From Burkholderiales bacterium (GTDB lineage: Bacteria > Bacillota > Clostridia > Christensenellales > SZUA-584): DNA of 64,000 nt. Every line of letters begins with the position of its first letter. Positions within the stretch are counted from its first letter, which is position 1. The DNA lies in assembly GCA_050260375.1 (NCBI GenBank), contig JBLNCA010000007.1, forward strand, positions 1,597-65,596, given 5' to 3'. Both the position numbers and the translations under genes were made by a program. Positions 38,901 through 47,443 of the stretch are shown here, piece after piece. The notes under the pieces are model-generated. The model did no database searches. It was not told the DNA's origin and worked only from the letters and a program-made list of their open reading frames with translations.

Positions 38901-40200
38901 TAAAAACCCCGTCCCGTATGCGCCTTATCTCACTAAGCGCCCTTTCGGATACGGCTAATTTTACGTCCCGCCTGCGCGCTTTAGATTCCAGCCTGCCCAA
39001 TATGCCAAAAGTAATATTCATTGGCTGGAAATCCGCTCCGCAATAGCCCGAAACGTACGCCGCAAGCGCGCCGCACGCAGTATTCCTGCTAAAATACGGC
39101 CTTTGCTTTCCCGTTATATCGCACGCCGCAAACAGCCCCGCGAGCAGCCCGGACGAGGCGCTCTCAATATACCCTTCCACGCCGGTTATCTGTCCCGCGA
39201 AGAAAAGCCCCGGGCGGCTCTTCATCTCGTAGTATTCGTTTAATACCCCCGGGCTTTTTATGTACGTGTTCCTGTGCATCACGCCGTAGCGCACGAACTC
39301 CGCGTTTTCAAGCCCCGGTATCATAGAAAACACTCTTTTCTGTTCGCCGAACTTCAAATGCGTCTGAAAGCCTACGAGGTTAAAAAGCCGGCACTCGGCG
39401 TCCTCGCGCCGCAGCTGCACCACCGCGTAAGGCTTGCTGCCGTCGGGGCACGTAATCCCAACCGGCTTCAGCGGCCCGAAGCAAAGCGTTTTAAAGCCGC
39501 GCTTCGCCATAGTCTCTATCGGCATGCAGCCCTCAAACACGTTGTCGTCCTCAAAGCCGTGCATATGCGCCGTCTCGGCGTTTATTAGCGCCTCCCAAAA
39601 AGCGCGGTACTGCTCTTCGTTCATCGGGCAGTTCAGATAGTCGCTGCCTTCGCCGTATCTTGACGCCCAGAACGCCTTGCCCATATCCACCGACTCGGCC
39701 GTCACTATCGGCGCCGCCGCGTCGAAAAACGAGAGCATGCCGTTCGTCCTGCGGGCTATGTCGTCCGCAAGCGGCCCGGAAGCAAGGGGCCCCGCCGCCA
39801 CGATAGCGATGCCTTCTTCGGGTATTTTCTCTGCCTGCTCTGTAACAACTTCTATATGCCCGTTCGAGCGCACCGCGTTTGTGACATACTCAGAAAACGC
39901 TTTCCTGTCCACAGCGAGCGCGCCGCCCGCGGGTACCTTCGTCTCGTCCGCAGCCCGCATTATCAGCGAACCAAGCTCCCTCATCTCCTGCTTTAAAAGC
40001 CCCACGGCGTTCGCAAGCCCCTCCGCACGCAGGGAGTTCGAGCACACCAGCTCCGCGAAGCCTTCCTCTCTGTGTGCGGGCGAAAACGCCAGCGGCTTTT
40101 GCTCAACGAGCGTTACATCGACGCCGAAGCGCGCGAGCTGCCAGGCGGCCTCGCAGCCCGCAAGCCCCGCGCCTATTACGACAGCGCTATTCTTCTTCAT
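38878..40200 (-). CDS. trmFO: Methylenetetrahydrofolate--tRNA-(uracil-5-)-methyltransferase TrmFO
   Basis: 440 aa. VIGAGLAGCEAAWQLA FAD motif. Conserved position after topA. The last 7 codons and the stop lie in a repeat unit. Confidence 0.9.
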   Translation of the reverse strand: MKKNSAVVIGAGLAGCEAAWQLARFGVDVTLVEQKPLAFSPAHREEGFAELVCSNSLRAEGLANAVGLLKQEMRELGSLIMRAADETKVPAGGALAVDRKAFSEYVTNAVRSNGHIEVVTEQAEKIPEEGIAIVAAGPLASGPLADDIARRTNGMLSFFDAAAPIVTAESVDMGKAFWASRYGEGSDYLNCPMNEEQYRAFWEALINAETAHMHGFEDDNVFEGCMPIETMAKRGFKTLCFGPLKPVGITCPDGSKPYAVVQLRREDAECRLFNLVGFQTHLKFGEQKRVFSMIPGLENAEFVRYGVMHRNTYIKSPGVLNEYYEMKSRPGLFFAGQITGVEGYIESASSGLLAGLFAACDITGKQRPYFSRNTACGALAAYVSGYCGADFQPMNITFGILGRLESKARRRDVKLAVSERALSEIRRIRDGVFNGVPSKS

Positions 40201-42394
40201 CCGCTTTCTTTCGCTGGTTTTTTGAGCACTCCGGATTGGAGCACTTCTTGTAGCTCTTGCCGTTCGACATGCGGCGCAGCACCATCATGCTCCCGCAAGC
40301 GTCGCATTTATCGGGTATAGGCATATCCCACGACACAAAATCGCATTCGGGGTAGCCTTCGCAGCCATAGAAAGTCTTGCGCGTTTTAGCCGACTTCTTC
40401 TCCACTATCCGCTTGCCGCACTTGGGGCAGGGCGTGTCTATATACTTGACAATAGGCTTGGTGTTGCGGCACTCGGGGTAACCGGGGCACGCGAGGAACT
40501 GCCCGAACCTGCCGTCCTTATACACCATTGTCCTGCCGCACTTCTCGCATACCACGTCGGACTCCTTTACGGGAAGCTCAACGCGCTCCACCGTCTTGTC
40601 CGCCGCCTCCAGCGTCTTTTCAAACGGCGTATAAAAATCTCGCAGCAGCTTCTTCCACTGCTTTCCGCCGTTCTCTATATCGTCGAGTTCGTTCTCGAGC
40701 TCCGCGGTGAATTCCACGTCCACGATGTCCGAGAAGTTCTTTTTCATCAGGTCGTTCACTATCACGCCAAGTTCGGTGGGCTTTAACGCCTTGCCCTCTT
40801 TGGCGATATACTTGCGCTCCTGTATGGTCGATATTATAGGCGCGTACGTGCTCGGCCTGCCAATGCCCTTTTCCTCAAGCGCCTTTACCAGCGTCGCCTC
40901 GGTGTAGCGGCTCGGCGGCTGCGTGAAGTTCTGCTTGGGCGTTATGCTTACCACCGGGCAGACCTCGCCTTCGCGCAGCGCTGGCAGTATGCTGTCCTTT
41001 TGCTCCTCGTCGCCCGAGTACGCCGCGGTATACCCCTTAAATGTAAGCCGCGAGCCTGCCGCCTTGAACACGCAGTCCCCGGCGTTTAACGTCACCGCCA
41101 TGGTCTCGTATTCGGAAGGCTTCATCTGGCTCGCTACGAAACGGCTGTATATTAGCTTATATAGCTTGTACTGGTCCTTTGACAACGTGTCTTTCAGCGC
41201 GTCGGGAGCAAGGTTCATATGCGACGGGCGTATGGCCTCGTGCGCGTCCTGCGCTTTCCTGGATTTTTTAAAGTAATTGGGAGTATCGGGAAGGTACTCT
41301 TTGCCGTACGCCTTTTCTATGTGTTCTCGCACAGCCTTAAGCGCCTCGTCGGACACTCTCGTCGAGTCTGTCCTTATATACGTCACGAGCCCTACCGAGC
41401 CCTCGCCCGGCAGTTCGACGCCTTCGTAAAGCTGCTGTGCAACGAGCATAGTGCGCTTAGCGGTAAAGCCCAGCGCGCTTGCTGCCGCCTGCTGCAGATA
41501 GCTCGTAGTAAAGGGCGGCGGGGCGCTCTTTTTTTTCTCGCCCTTCTTCACGCTCGCGACTACAAAGTCTTTGCCTTTTATCGCTTCGAGTATCTCGTCA
41601 GCCTGCTGTTTGTTTTCAAGCTTCTTGCGGCCGTTATGTTCGGCGAATTTCGCCTCGAACTGCTGCGTCCCGGCCGCGTCGCGGAGCAGCGCGGTTATCG
41701 TCCAGAACTCCTCCGGCTTAAAAGCGTTTATCTCTTCCTCGCGGTCGCATATTATGCGCACTGCCACCGACTGCACCCGCCCTGCCGACAGGCCTTTTTT
41801 CACCTTGCGCCACAGAAGGGGCGAGAGCTTGTATCCCACGAGGCGGTCGAGCACGCGCCGCGCCTGCTGCGCGTCCACCAAATCGAGGTTAATGCTTCTC
41901 GGATTCTTTATTGCGTTCATCACGGCATTCTGCGTTATCTCGTTGAACTCTATGCGGCTGATTTTGTCGTCCTCGCCCAGCAGGTTCGCTATATGCCATG
42001 ATATCGCTTCGCCCTCGCGGTCGGGGTCGGTAGCGAGGTATATCCTTTTTGCGCCCGCTGCGCCCGCCTTGAGGCTTGAAACGACGGCCTTCTTTCCTCT
42101 TATCTGTATATACTTAGGCTCGAAGTCGTTCTCGATATCCACGCCCAGGGAGCTCTTGGGCAGATCTCTTACATGCCCCCCGCTCGCCTGAACCTTGTAG
42201 CCCGAACCAAGAAATTTGCTTATCGTCTTTGCCTTCGCCGGCGACTCCACTATAACGAGATCGTACCTCTTGCCCGGCGCGGCAGCCTTTTTAGTCTCGC
42301 TCTTTTTCGCGGCGGATTTTACCGAGGCCGTTTTTCTCACGGTCGCCTGTTTGGGCTCGGCCTTCTTTGCTGTGGATTTTTGTGCAGATGCCAT
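40187..42394 (-). CDS. topA: DNA topoisomerase I
   Basis: TOPRIM LVIVESPAKAKTI, YIRTDS catalytic Tyr region, C-terminal Cys4 zinc ribbons (CEKCGR...CPGYPEC). The ATG at 42394 is preferred; the TTG 4 codons upstream is part of the GGAGAG SD. Confidence 0.95.
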   Translation of the reverse strand: MASAQKSTAKKAEPKQATVRKTASVKSAAKKSETKKAAAPGKRYDLVIVESPAKAKTISKFLGSGYKVQASGGHVRDLPKSSLGVDIENDFEPKYIQIRGKKAVVSSLKAGAAGAKRIYLATDPDREGEAISWHIANLLGEDDKISRIEFNEITQNAVMNAIKNPRSINLDLVDAQQARRVLDRLVGYKLSPLLWRKVKKGLSAGRVQSVAVRIICDREEEINAFKPEEFWTITALLRDAAGTQQFEAKFAEHNGRKKLENKQQADEILEAIKGKDFVVASVKKGEKKKSAPPPFTTSYLQQAAASALGFTAKRTMLVAQQLYEGVELPGEGSVGLVTYIRTDSTRVSDEALKAVREHIEKAYGKEYLPDTPNYFKKSRKAQDAHEAIRPSHMNLAPDALKDTLSKDQYKLYKLIYSRFVASQMKPSEYETMAVTLNAGDCVFKAAGSRLTFKGYTAAYSGDEEQKDSILPALREGEVCPVVSITPKQNFTQPPSRYTEATLVKALEEKGIGRPSTYAPIISTIQERKYIAKEGKALKPTELGVIVNDLMKKNFSDIVDVEFTAELENELDDIENGGKQWKKLLRDFYTPFEKTLEAADKTVERVELPVKESDVVCEKCGRTMVYKDGRFGQFLACPGYPECRNTKPIVKYIDTPCPKCGKRIVEKKSAKTRKTFYGCEGYPECDFVSWDMPIPDKCDACGSMMVLRRMSNGKSYKKCSNPECSKNQRKKADEEE

Positions 42395-42416
42395 GTTTCT
42401 CTCCAAAATAGTATTC

Positions 42417-42456
42417 TTTACACCCCGTAAGCTTTAAGCTTTTGGGCCCCGTAAAC
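42417..42456 (+). repeat. Family-1 unit (diverged) between dprA and topA
   Basis: TTTACACCCCGTAAGCTTTAAGCTTTTGGGCCCCGTAAAC. Confidence 0.7.
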
Positions 42457-42517
42457 TTTCTTGTTTGATTAAAAGTCCTGGGTCTTTATTCCGCCCGGTA
42501 TTGCAAAATTTATCGGG

Positions 42518-43657
42518 TCAGATTCCGTATTTTCCGCCGGGCAGCCGCTTTATGAGGCCGCCAAGCTCCATCAGCGTAAGCGCCGAATTTATCTCGCTTT
42601 GAGGATATTTTATGCTCAGAGCAATGCTTTCAACACTTGTATCGCCTTGCAGAAGCAAATTATATATTTGGCGCTGTAAAAAATCAAGCTGTATACATTT
42701 TTCACCCCAACAAGCCTTACGTCTTGTTGGGGACCCCATATCCGCTGCGGCGGGCGCTTTTTCGCTTCCCAGCCCGTAAAACTCTAGTATGTCTACCGCG
42801 CTGCACGCTATGCAGGCGCCCTGCTTTATCAGCATATTTGAAAGAGACGCCGTACTAAGATACGGCGGGCCGGGCACAGCGAATACGTCGCGACCCAATG
42901 CGACGGCCATAGAAGCGGTTATCGCCGTGCCGCCCTCTATTTCCGACTCTACAACCAGCGTTCCTTTTGACAGCCCCGCGATTATCCTGTTTCGCACGGG
43001 AAAATTCGCGGCAAGCGGCTGCGTTCCCGGCGGCAGTTCAGAGATTACCGCTCCGTTCTCCACTGTTTTGTAATATATATCGTCACTTTCCGGCGGATAG
43101 ATTACATCAACTCCGCAGCCGAGCACCGCTATTGTCTTTCCGCCGGCTTCGAGCGCGCCCGAATGCGCCGCCGTGTCTATGCCGCGCGCCATGCCCGAAA
43201 CAACGGCCACGCCCGCTTCCGCCAGCTCTTTTGCTATCCGGCGCGCAAGCTCAAAACCTTTTCTTGTGCACCGCCTCGTGCCCACTATGCTTATCGCGTC
43301 AAGCGGCTTTTTTGTGTCGAACACTCCGCTTAACGCTCCTTTAACGAACAACACGGGCGGCGGGAACTGCAGCCCGGCAAGCCTCTCGGGATATTCGCCC
43401 GACAGCCTCGTAACTGCGGTTATGCCTTTTGCGGCGAGCTCCGATATTATTTCGGCTACGCGCTGCTCCGAGCAGTAGGCCCTGGCGGTTTTCGCGGCGT
43501 CTGCGGAGATGCTTTCAAGCGGCTTGCCGCTTTTTACCGCATCAAAAAACGTGCCCGCGTCCCCGAATTCCTTCAATAAATAATAGAACGCCTTCGGGCC
43601 TATCACGGGCATAGACGCCATCCATATCCAGTATTTTTCCTGCTCGGTGTACGCCAA
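42518..43657 (-). CDS. dprA: DNA-processing protein DprA (Smf)
   Basis: 379 aa. Rossmann-like core (IVGTRRCT...VVSGMARGIDTAAH...VLGCGVD) and C-terminal winged-helix-like part. TTG start with GGGAGGTG SD. Contains an in-frame repeat unit (see findings). Confidence 0.85.
   Translation of the reverse strand: MAYTEQEKYWIWMASMPVIGPKAFYYLLKEFGDAGTFFDAVKSGKPLESISADAAKTARAYCSEQRVAEIISELAAKGITAVTRLSGEYPERLAGLQFPPPVLFVKGALSGVFDTKKPLDAISIVGTRRCTRKGFELARRIAKELAEAGVAVVSGMARGIDTAAHSGALEAGGKTIAVLGCGVDVIYPPESDDIYYKTVENGAVISELPPGTQPLAANFPVRNRIIAGLSKGTLVVESEIEGGTAITASMAVALGRDVFAVPGPPYLSTASLSNMLIKQGACIACSAVDILEFYGLGSEKAPAAADMGSPTRRKACWGEKCIQLDFLQRQIYNLLLQGDTSVESIALSIKYPQSEINSALTLMELGGLIKRLPGGKYGI
42698..42740 (+). 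repeat. Family-1 unit inside the dprA coding sequence
   Basis: TTTTTCACCCCAACAAGCCTTACGTCTTGTTGGGGACCCCATA, with a perfect 10-bp stem. Confidence 0.85.
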
Positions 43658-43919
43658 CCGACACCTCCCGCAACGTGCTTGCAGTTTTTATAATTACCCT
43701 GCCGTATACTTTTCTTAAACAGTATACATCTGTTTTAAACAACCGATTAAGCGCGTTTCGCTTCCCGCCGCCGTCGGGATTGAACGCGTCTATTATAACA
43801 CCATCAATACATATTACGTCAATACTAGCATAATAATGAAACTTTAATCGCCCATACGGATAACAAAACACCCGGTTTACGCATACGTTAATAAAAGAAG
43901 CAGGTAAAGGAGCGCTCAT

Positions 43920-44417
43920 ATGCAATATTACGGAAGTTTTTCGGGCACGGTAACGGCGATAGAGGACTTTTGGACGTATAACGAGGAAGAGGGATGCAAC
44001 AAGCTGGTAACGCTGACGGACGGCAGCGGCAATATAGTTAACTTTGTGGCAACCCCGTCTACGTACGTCGTAGGCAGGGAAACGCTTAACGTCGGGGACA
44101 GCGTTACCGGCTTTTACGACGCGACATTGCCGGTTATATTGATATACCCGCCGCAATACCGGGCTGTAGTCATGGCAAAAACATCGTCGTTCCGCAGCGT
44201 AAAGGTAGACCGCTTTGATTCGCAGCTAGTCAGCAGCGACGGCGCGCTGAAACTTAACGTTTCGCCGTCAACACAAATAGTGCTGGAAAACGACCAGCGC
44301 TTTTCCGGCAGCCTCGAAAACCGGGATTTAATCGTTGTATACGGCGCGACGACAAGGAGCATACCCGCGCAGACGACGCCTTACAAGATAATAGTGATTT
44401 GCAGGCGGATGCAATAA
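43920..44417 (+). CDS. Hypothetical protein with internal two-fold repeat
   Basis: 165 aa. SD AAAGGAG 7 nt before the ATG. No family recognised, no signal peptide. The two halves share a DG-x-N-V-x-PST-x-V ... YxAT ... P-x-Y-x-VV pattern. Confidence 0.6.
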   Translation: MQYYGSFSGTVTAIEDFWTYNEEEGCNKLVTLTDGSGNIVNFVATPSTYVVGRETLNVGDSVTGFYDATLPVILIYPPQYRAVVMAKTSSFRSVKVDRFDSQLVSSDGALKLNVSPSTQIVLENDQRFSGSLENRDLIVVYGATTRSIPAQTTPYKIIVICRRMQ

Positions 44418-44423
44418 ACAGCA

Positions 44424-44465
44424 TTTACACCCCAAAAAGCCTCACGTCTTTTTGGGGACCCCGTA
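44424..44465 (+). repeat. Family-1 unit between convergent genes
   Basis: TTTACACCCCAAAAAGCCTCACGTCTTTTTGGGGACCCCGTA, with a perfect 10-bp stem. Confidence 0.9.
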
Positions 44466-44490
44466 TAAAAAACAGAGGGCAGCAGCCCTC
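44466..44490 (-). terminator. Intrinsic terminator after the YdeI-family gene
   Basis: The minus RNA reads GAGGGC-ugcu-GCCCUC followed by UGUUUUUUA. Confidence 0.6.
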
Positions 44491-44512
44491 CGCATATTAA
44501 TGCTTATCATCG

Positions 44513-45034
44513 TTATTTTGAAGGGCTCTTTTTGCCCTGCTCCAGCATATTAATGGCCTTCTCTATGCGGTTTTTCTTCGTTTCTTCCTTTTTGGCGCCG
44601 GCTATCCAGCAAGCGTACTCCCTCCTGTGGCTGAATGAAAGAGCGTCAAAGTTCTTTTTTGCCTGTTCGTTTTCCCCGAGCGCCGCTTCGAGCTCGGCAG
44701 GCAAAGAAACTTCGCGCGGTTCTTCGTCCTTCCACAGCTTAACGTGCACGGTATCGCCCGCTTGCTTGCCCGTCTTATCTCTTATCGACTTGAGCACGCC
44801 TATTATCGGCCCCGTGCCCATGTTGACTATGGAGCCGCGGTAAGGCACGCCGTCAAACTCGCACGCGATCTTTACACGTCCTTTAGCGCCGAACGTTTCC
44901 ATAATATCGTACGGGAAGCGCACGTAAGCGCCTCCGCCGCGCCCGCTCTCATGTATAACTTCGTCGAATTCGTATATATCCATAAACGCTCCGAAATCCC
45001 AGCCCCTTTCGCTCATTGATTCCGCCACTTTCAC
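44513..45034 (-). CDS. DUF1905 / YdeI-OmpD-associated family protein
   Basis: 173 aa. GGGAYVRFPYDIMETFGAKGRVKIACEFDGVPYRGSIVNMG (DUF1905-like barrel) followed by a helical YdeI-type tail (FDALSFSHRREYACWIAGAKKEETKKNRIEKAINML). Confidence 0.7.
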   Translation of the reverse strand: MKVAESMSERGWDFGAFMDIYEFDEVIHESGRGGGAYVRFPYDIMETFGAKGRVKIACEFDGVPYRGSIVNMGTGPIIGVLKSIRDKTGKQAGDTVHVKLWKDEEPREVSLPAELEAALGENEQAKKNFDALSFSHRREYACWIAGAKKEETKKNRIEKAINMLEQGKKSPSK

Positions 45035-45038
45035 CGCT

Positions 45039-45308
45039 TTATCGGCCTTTGGAAGACGGCCGCTGGTACGAGGGCGCGTTCCTCGGAGTGGTCCCCTTCT
45101 TTACGTTTTGATAATAAGCGTACGTGAGCGGCTCCTGTTCGCATATTGTCTCGGCGTCCTCCACCTCCGCTATCAGCATCACGTGGCTGCCAAGGTCAAG
45201 CTTGTCTACAACCCTGCAGCTGAAGCGCGCGGCGGCGTTCTGGGCAATATACGGCATGCCGAGAGAATCGCGCGCAGACTTCTTGTAGAAAGCTTTTGTG
45301 TCCATCAT
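45039..45308 (-). pseudogene. Flavin reductase-like remnant (internal deletion)
   Basis: The 89 codons after SD AAGGAGAA read MMDTKAFYK, then jump to the C-terminal part of the fold (ARFSCRVVDKLDLGSHVMLIAEVEDAE...EPLTYAYYQNVKKGTTPRNAPSY). The FMN-binding core between them is missing. The long upstream extension in the track overlaps comM. Confidence 0.5.
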
Positions 45309-45316
45309 ATTCTCCT

Positions 45317-46834
45317 TCATCCCCAATACTTTACGTCCGTCCTGTACTGTATAGCCTCGGCTATATGCGCCTTGCCTATCTGCTCCTCTCCCGCCAAGTC
45401 CGCAATGGTGCGCGACACCTTCAGCACCCTGCTTACAGCGCGGGCGCTCAATGCGAACCTGTTGTATGCCGCCTCCATCAGGTCCTTGCATTCCTTTGAC
45501 AGCGCGCAGTACCTGTCCGTCATCTCGCCGGTGAGCTCGGCGTTGCTGTGTATGCCCTCCGAAGCGTAACGGCGCCGCTGTATGCTCCTTGCGGCGTTCA
45601 CCCTCGCACGTATTTCTTTGGAAGTTTCTCCTGTGCGCTCGCCGGTAAGCTCGGCGTACGATATCTCTTCCATGCCAATGTGCATGTCTATCCTGTCGAG
45701 CAGCGGCCCGGATATACGCGAAAGGTACTGCTTTATCTCCCTTGGGGTGCAGCGGCACGGTTTGTCGGCGCTGCCGAAATTCCCGCACGGGCAGGGGTTC
45801 ATCGACGCTATAAGCATTACGCCCGCGGGGTAAGTCACCTTTGCGTTTGCCCTTGCAATGCTTATCGTTTTATCCTCGAGCGGCTGGCGCAGCGCCTCAA
45901 GCGACTCGCGCTTAAACTCCGCAAGCTCGTCTAAGAACAGCACTCCTCCGTGAGCGAGGCTCACCTCGCCAGGCATTACGTGGTGCCCGCCTCCCGTGAG
46001 CGCCGCGGTGGAAAGCGTATGGTGCGGGCTGCGGAACGGCCGCACTGACGCGAGCTTTCCTTCGCTCATGCCGCATACCGACTGTATCTTCGATATCTCC
46101 AGCGCCTCTTCAAACGTAAGCGAGGGCAGTATGCCGGGTACGGCCCGCGCGAGCATGGTTTTGCCGGAGCCCGGGGGACCTATGAACAGTATGTTGTGCC
46201 CGCCCGCCGCCGCTATCTCCAGCGCGCGCTTGGCGTGCTGCTGGCCGCGCACGAACGACATGTCGTTTTTGCAGACTTCTCCCTCGTCGGGAAAATACCT
46301 GCGCGTTTTAAGAGGCTTAATGCTCTCCCTGCCCGAGAGGTGCGCCGCTATCTGCGTCAAATCGCGCACCGGGTAAACGCAAAGGCCTTCTATATAGCTC
46401 GCCTCCTGGGCGTTTTGCTCTGAAATAAACAGGTTTTTATACCCCGCCCCGCGCGCTGATATTGCCATCGGCAGCGCGCCCGCTATGCCGCGCAGCGTAC
46501 CGTCCAGCGACAGCTCGCCTAAGAATACGGATTTTTCGTCAGGCGCGTTAATCTGTCCGCTGGCGCTTAAAAGGCCGAGAGCAATCGCAAGGTCGTATAT
46601 AGGCCCCTGTTTTTTTGTGTCCGCGGGCGCAAGGTTTACCGTTATCCTCGTCTGCGGATAATCAAACCGCGAGTTTTTTATCGCCGCGCGCACGCGCTCT
46701 TTAGACTCGCGCACCGCCTCTCCGGGCAGCCCCACCATCTCGTATCCGGGCATGCCGAACGATATGTCCGCCTCGACGAACACCGGAAAGCCCGCAAGGC
46801 CCAACAGTCCAAAGCTCGTTATCTTGGAAAGCAA
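45317..46834 (-). CDS. comM: YifB/ComM family Mg-chelatase-like AAA+ ATPase
   Basis: N-terminal Lon-like domain (SFGLLGLAGFPVFVEADIS), Walker A FIGPPGSGKTMLA, VLFLDELAEF. The start is uncertain: TTG at 46834 gives the usual N-terminus, while the track ORF extends to 46942. Confidence 0.85.
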   Translation of the reverse strand: MLSKITSFGLLGLAGFPVFVEADISFGMPGYEMVGLPGEAVRESKERVRAAIKNSRFDYPQTRITVNLAPADTKKQGPIYDLAIALGLLSASGQINAPDEKSVFLGELSLDGTLRGIAGALPMAISARGAGYKNLFISEQNAQEASYIEGLCVYPVRDLTQIAAHLSGRESIKPLKTRRYFPDEGEVCKNDMSFVRGQQHAKRALEIAAAGGHNILFIGPPGSGKTMLARAVPGILPSLTFEEALEISKIQSVCGMSEGKLASVRPFRSPHHTLSTAALTGGGHHVMPGEVSLAHGGVLFLDELAEFKRESLEALRQPLEDKTISIARANAKVTYPAGVMLIASMNPCPCGNFGSADKPCRCTPREIKQYLSRISGPLLDRIDMHIGMEEISYAELTGERTGETSKEIRARVNAARSIQRRRYASEGIHSNAELTGEMTDRYCALSKECKDLMEAAYNRFALSARAVSRVLKVSRTIADLAGEEQIGKAHIAEAIQYRTDVKYWG

Positions 46835-46972
46835 CCCATAAAACCCCACATCAAATATTAATATACGCTTCTTATACTTTGCGGTAACAACGCTGCTTTG
46901 CGGTATATACCTAATAATATTATTATTTCCAGTAATAATCAATACAGCGGGGAAACCAGCCGTGTTAGGCCA

Positions 46973-47434
46973 TTAAGACGCGGTATCGTCCTTTTCCCTG
47001 AACACCAGCAGCTTGCTTCCCGCGAAGTTGACGACGAACGAGAATACCGTTGCGGCTATCTTGGAAAGCGTGGGATTAAGCGAATAGAGTTCCACAAGCA
47101 CATACATGGCGAGCGTGTTTACGCCCAATGATATGAGGTTCACAAATATGAACTTTAAAAACGCCGCGGACAAAAAATGTATGCTTGTCCCGCCTTTCAG
47201 CGTATATACGGCAAAGAACTTAAGCTTCAGCTTGAAAGTCCAGTACCTGTTCAGTATATAGCTGTTAATAACGCCGCACGAATACGAAACGATATTCGAC
47301 GGTACGACGTGAAGCCCTATTACGCTATGCAGCAGCGTGAGTACCCCCAGGTCCACAAGGAAATTGACTACCCCTACTGCCATGAACTTAATGAAGTGGA
47401 ATATACTCTTTTTATATTTCTGGTAAAGATGCAT
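46973..47434 (-). CDS. GtrA family membrane protein
   Basis: 153 aa, 4 TM. FIKFMAVGVVNFLVDLGVLTLL N-terminus typical of the GtrA-like family. Confidence 0.8.
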   Translation of the reverse strand: MHLYQKYKKSIFHFIKFMAVGVVNFLVDLGVLTLLHSVIGLHVVPSNIVSYSCGVINSYILNRYWTFKLKLKFFAVYTLKGGTSIHFLSAAFLKFIFVNLISLGVNTLAMYVLVELYSLNPTLSKIAATVFSFVVNFAGSKLLVFREKDDTAS

Positions 47435-47443
47435 TTTTTCCTC

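Noticed and set aside
38659-38958. ORFs encoded entirely by repeat DNA: 38659..38958, 38715..38903, 38843..39046, 26323..26547, 63522..63734 and 63768..63971.
   Set aside because: They are translations of the tandem or composite repeats (periodic peptides such as ...LLGTPYLHPIK...). They have no SD and overlap the trmFO 3' end or terminators.
43542-44156. A 204-aa minus-strand ORF spanning the dprA start and the hypothetical gene at 43920..44417.
   Set aside because: It overlaps two better-supported genes and the intergenic promoter region. It has no SD and an Arg/Tyr-rich composition.
45309-45788. The 249-aa version of ORF 45039..45788.
   Set aside because: Its first ~160 codons overlap the 3' end of comM in another frame and are Arg/Gly/His-rich nonsense. 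Only the last 89 codons, after SD AAGGAGAA, look like real protein.
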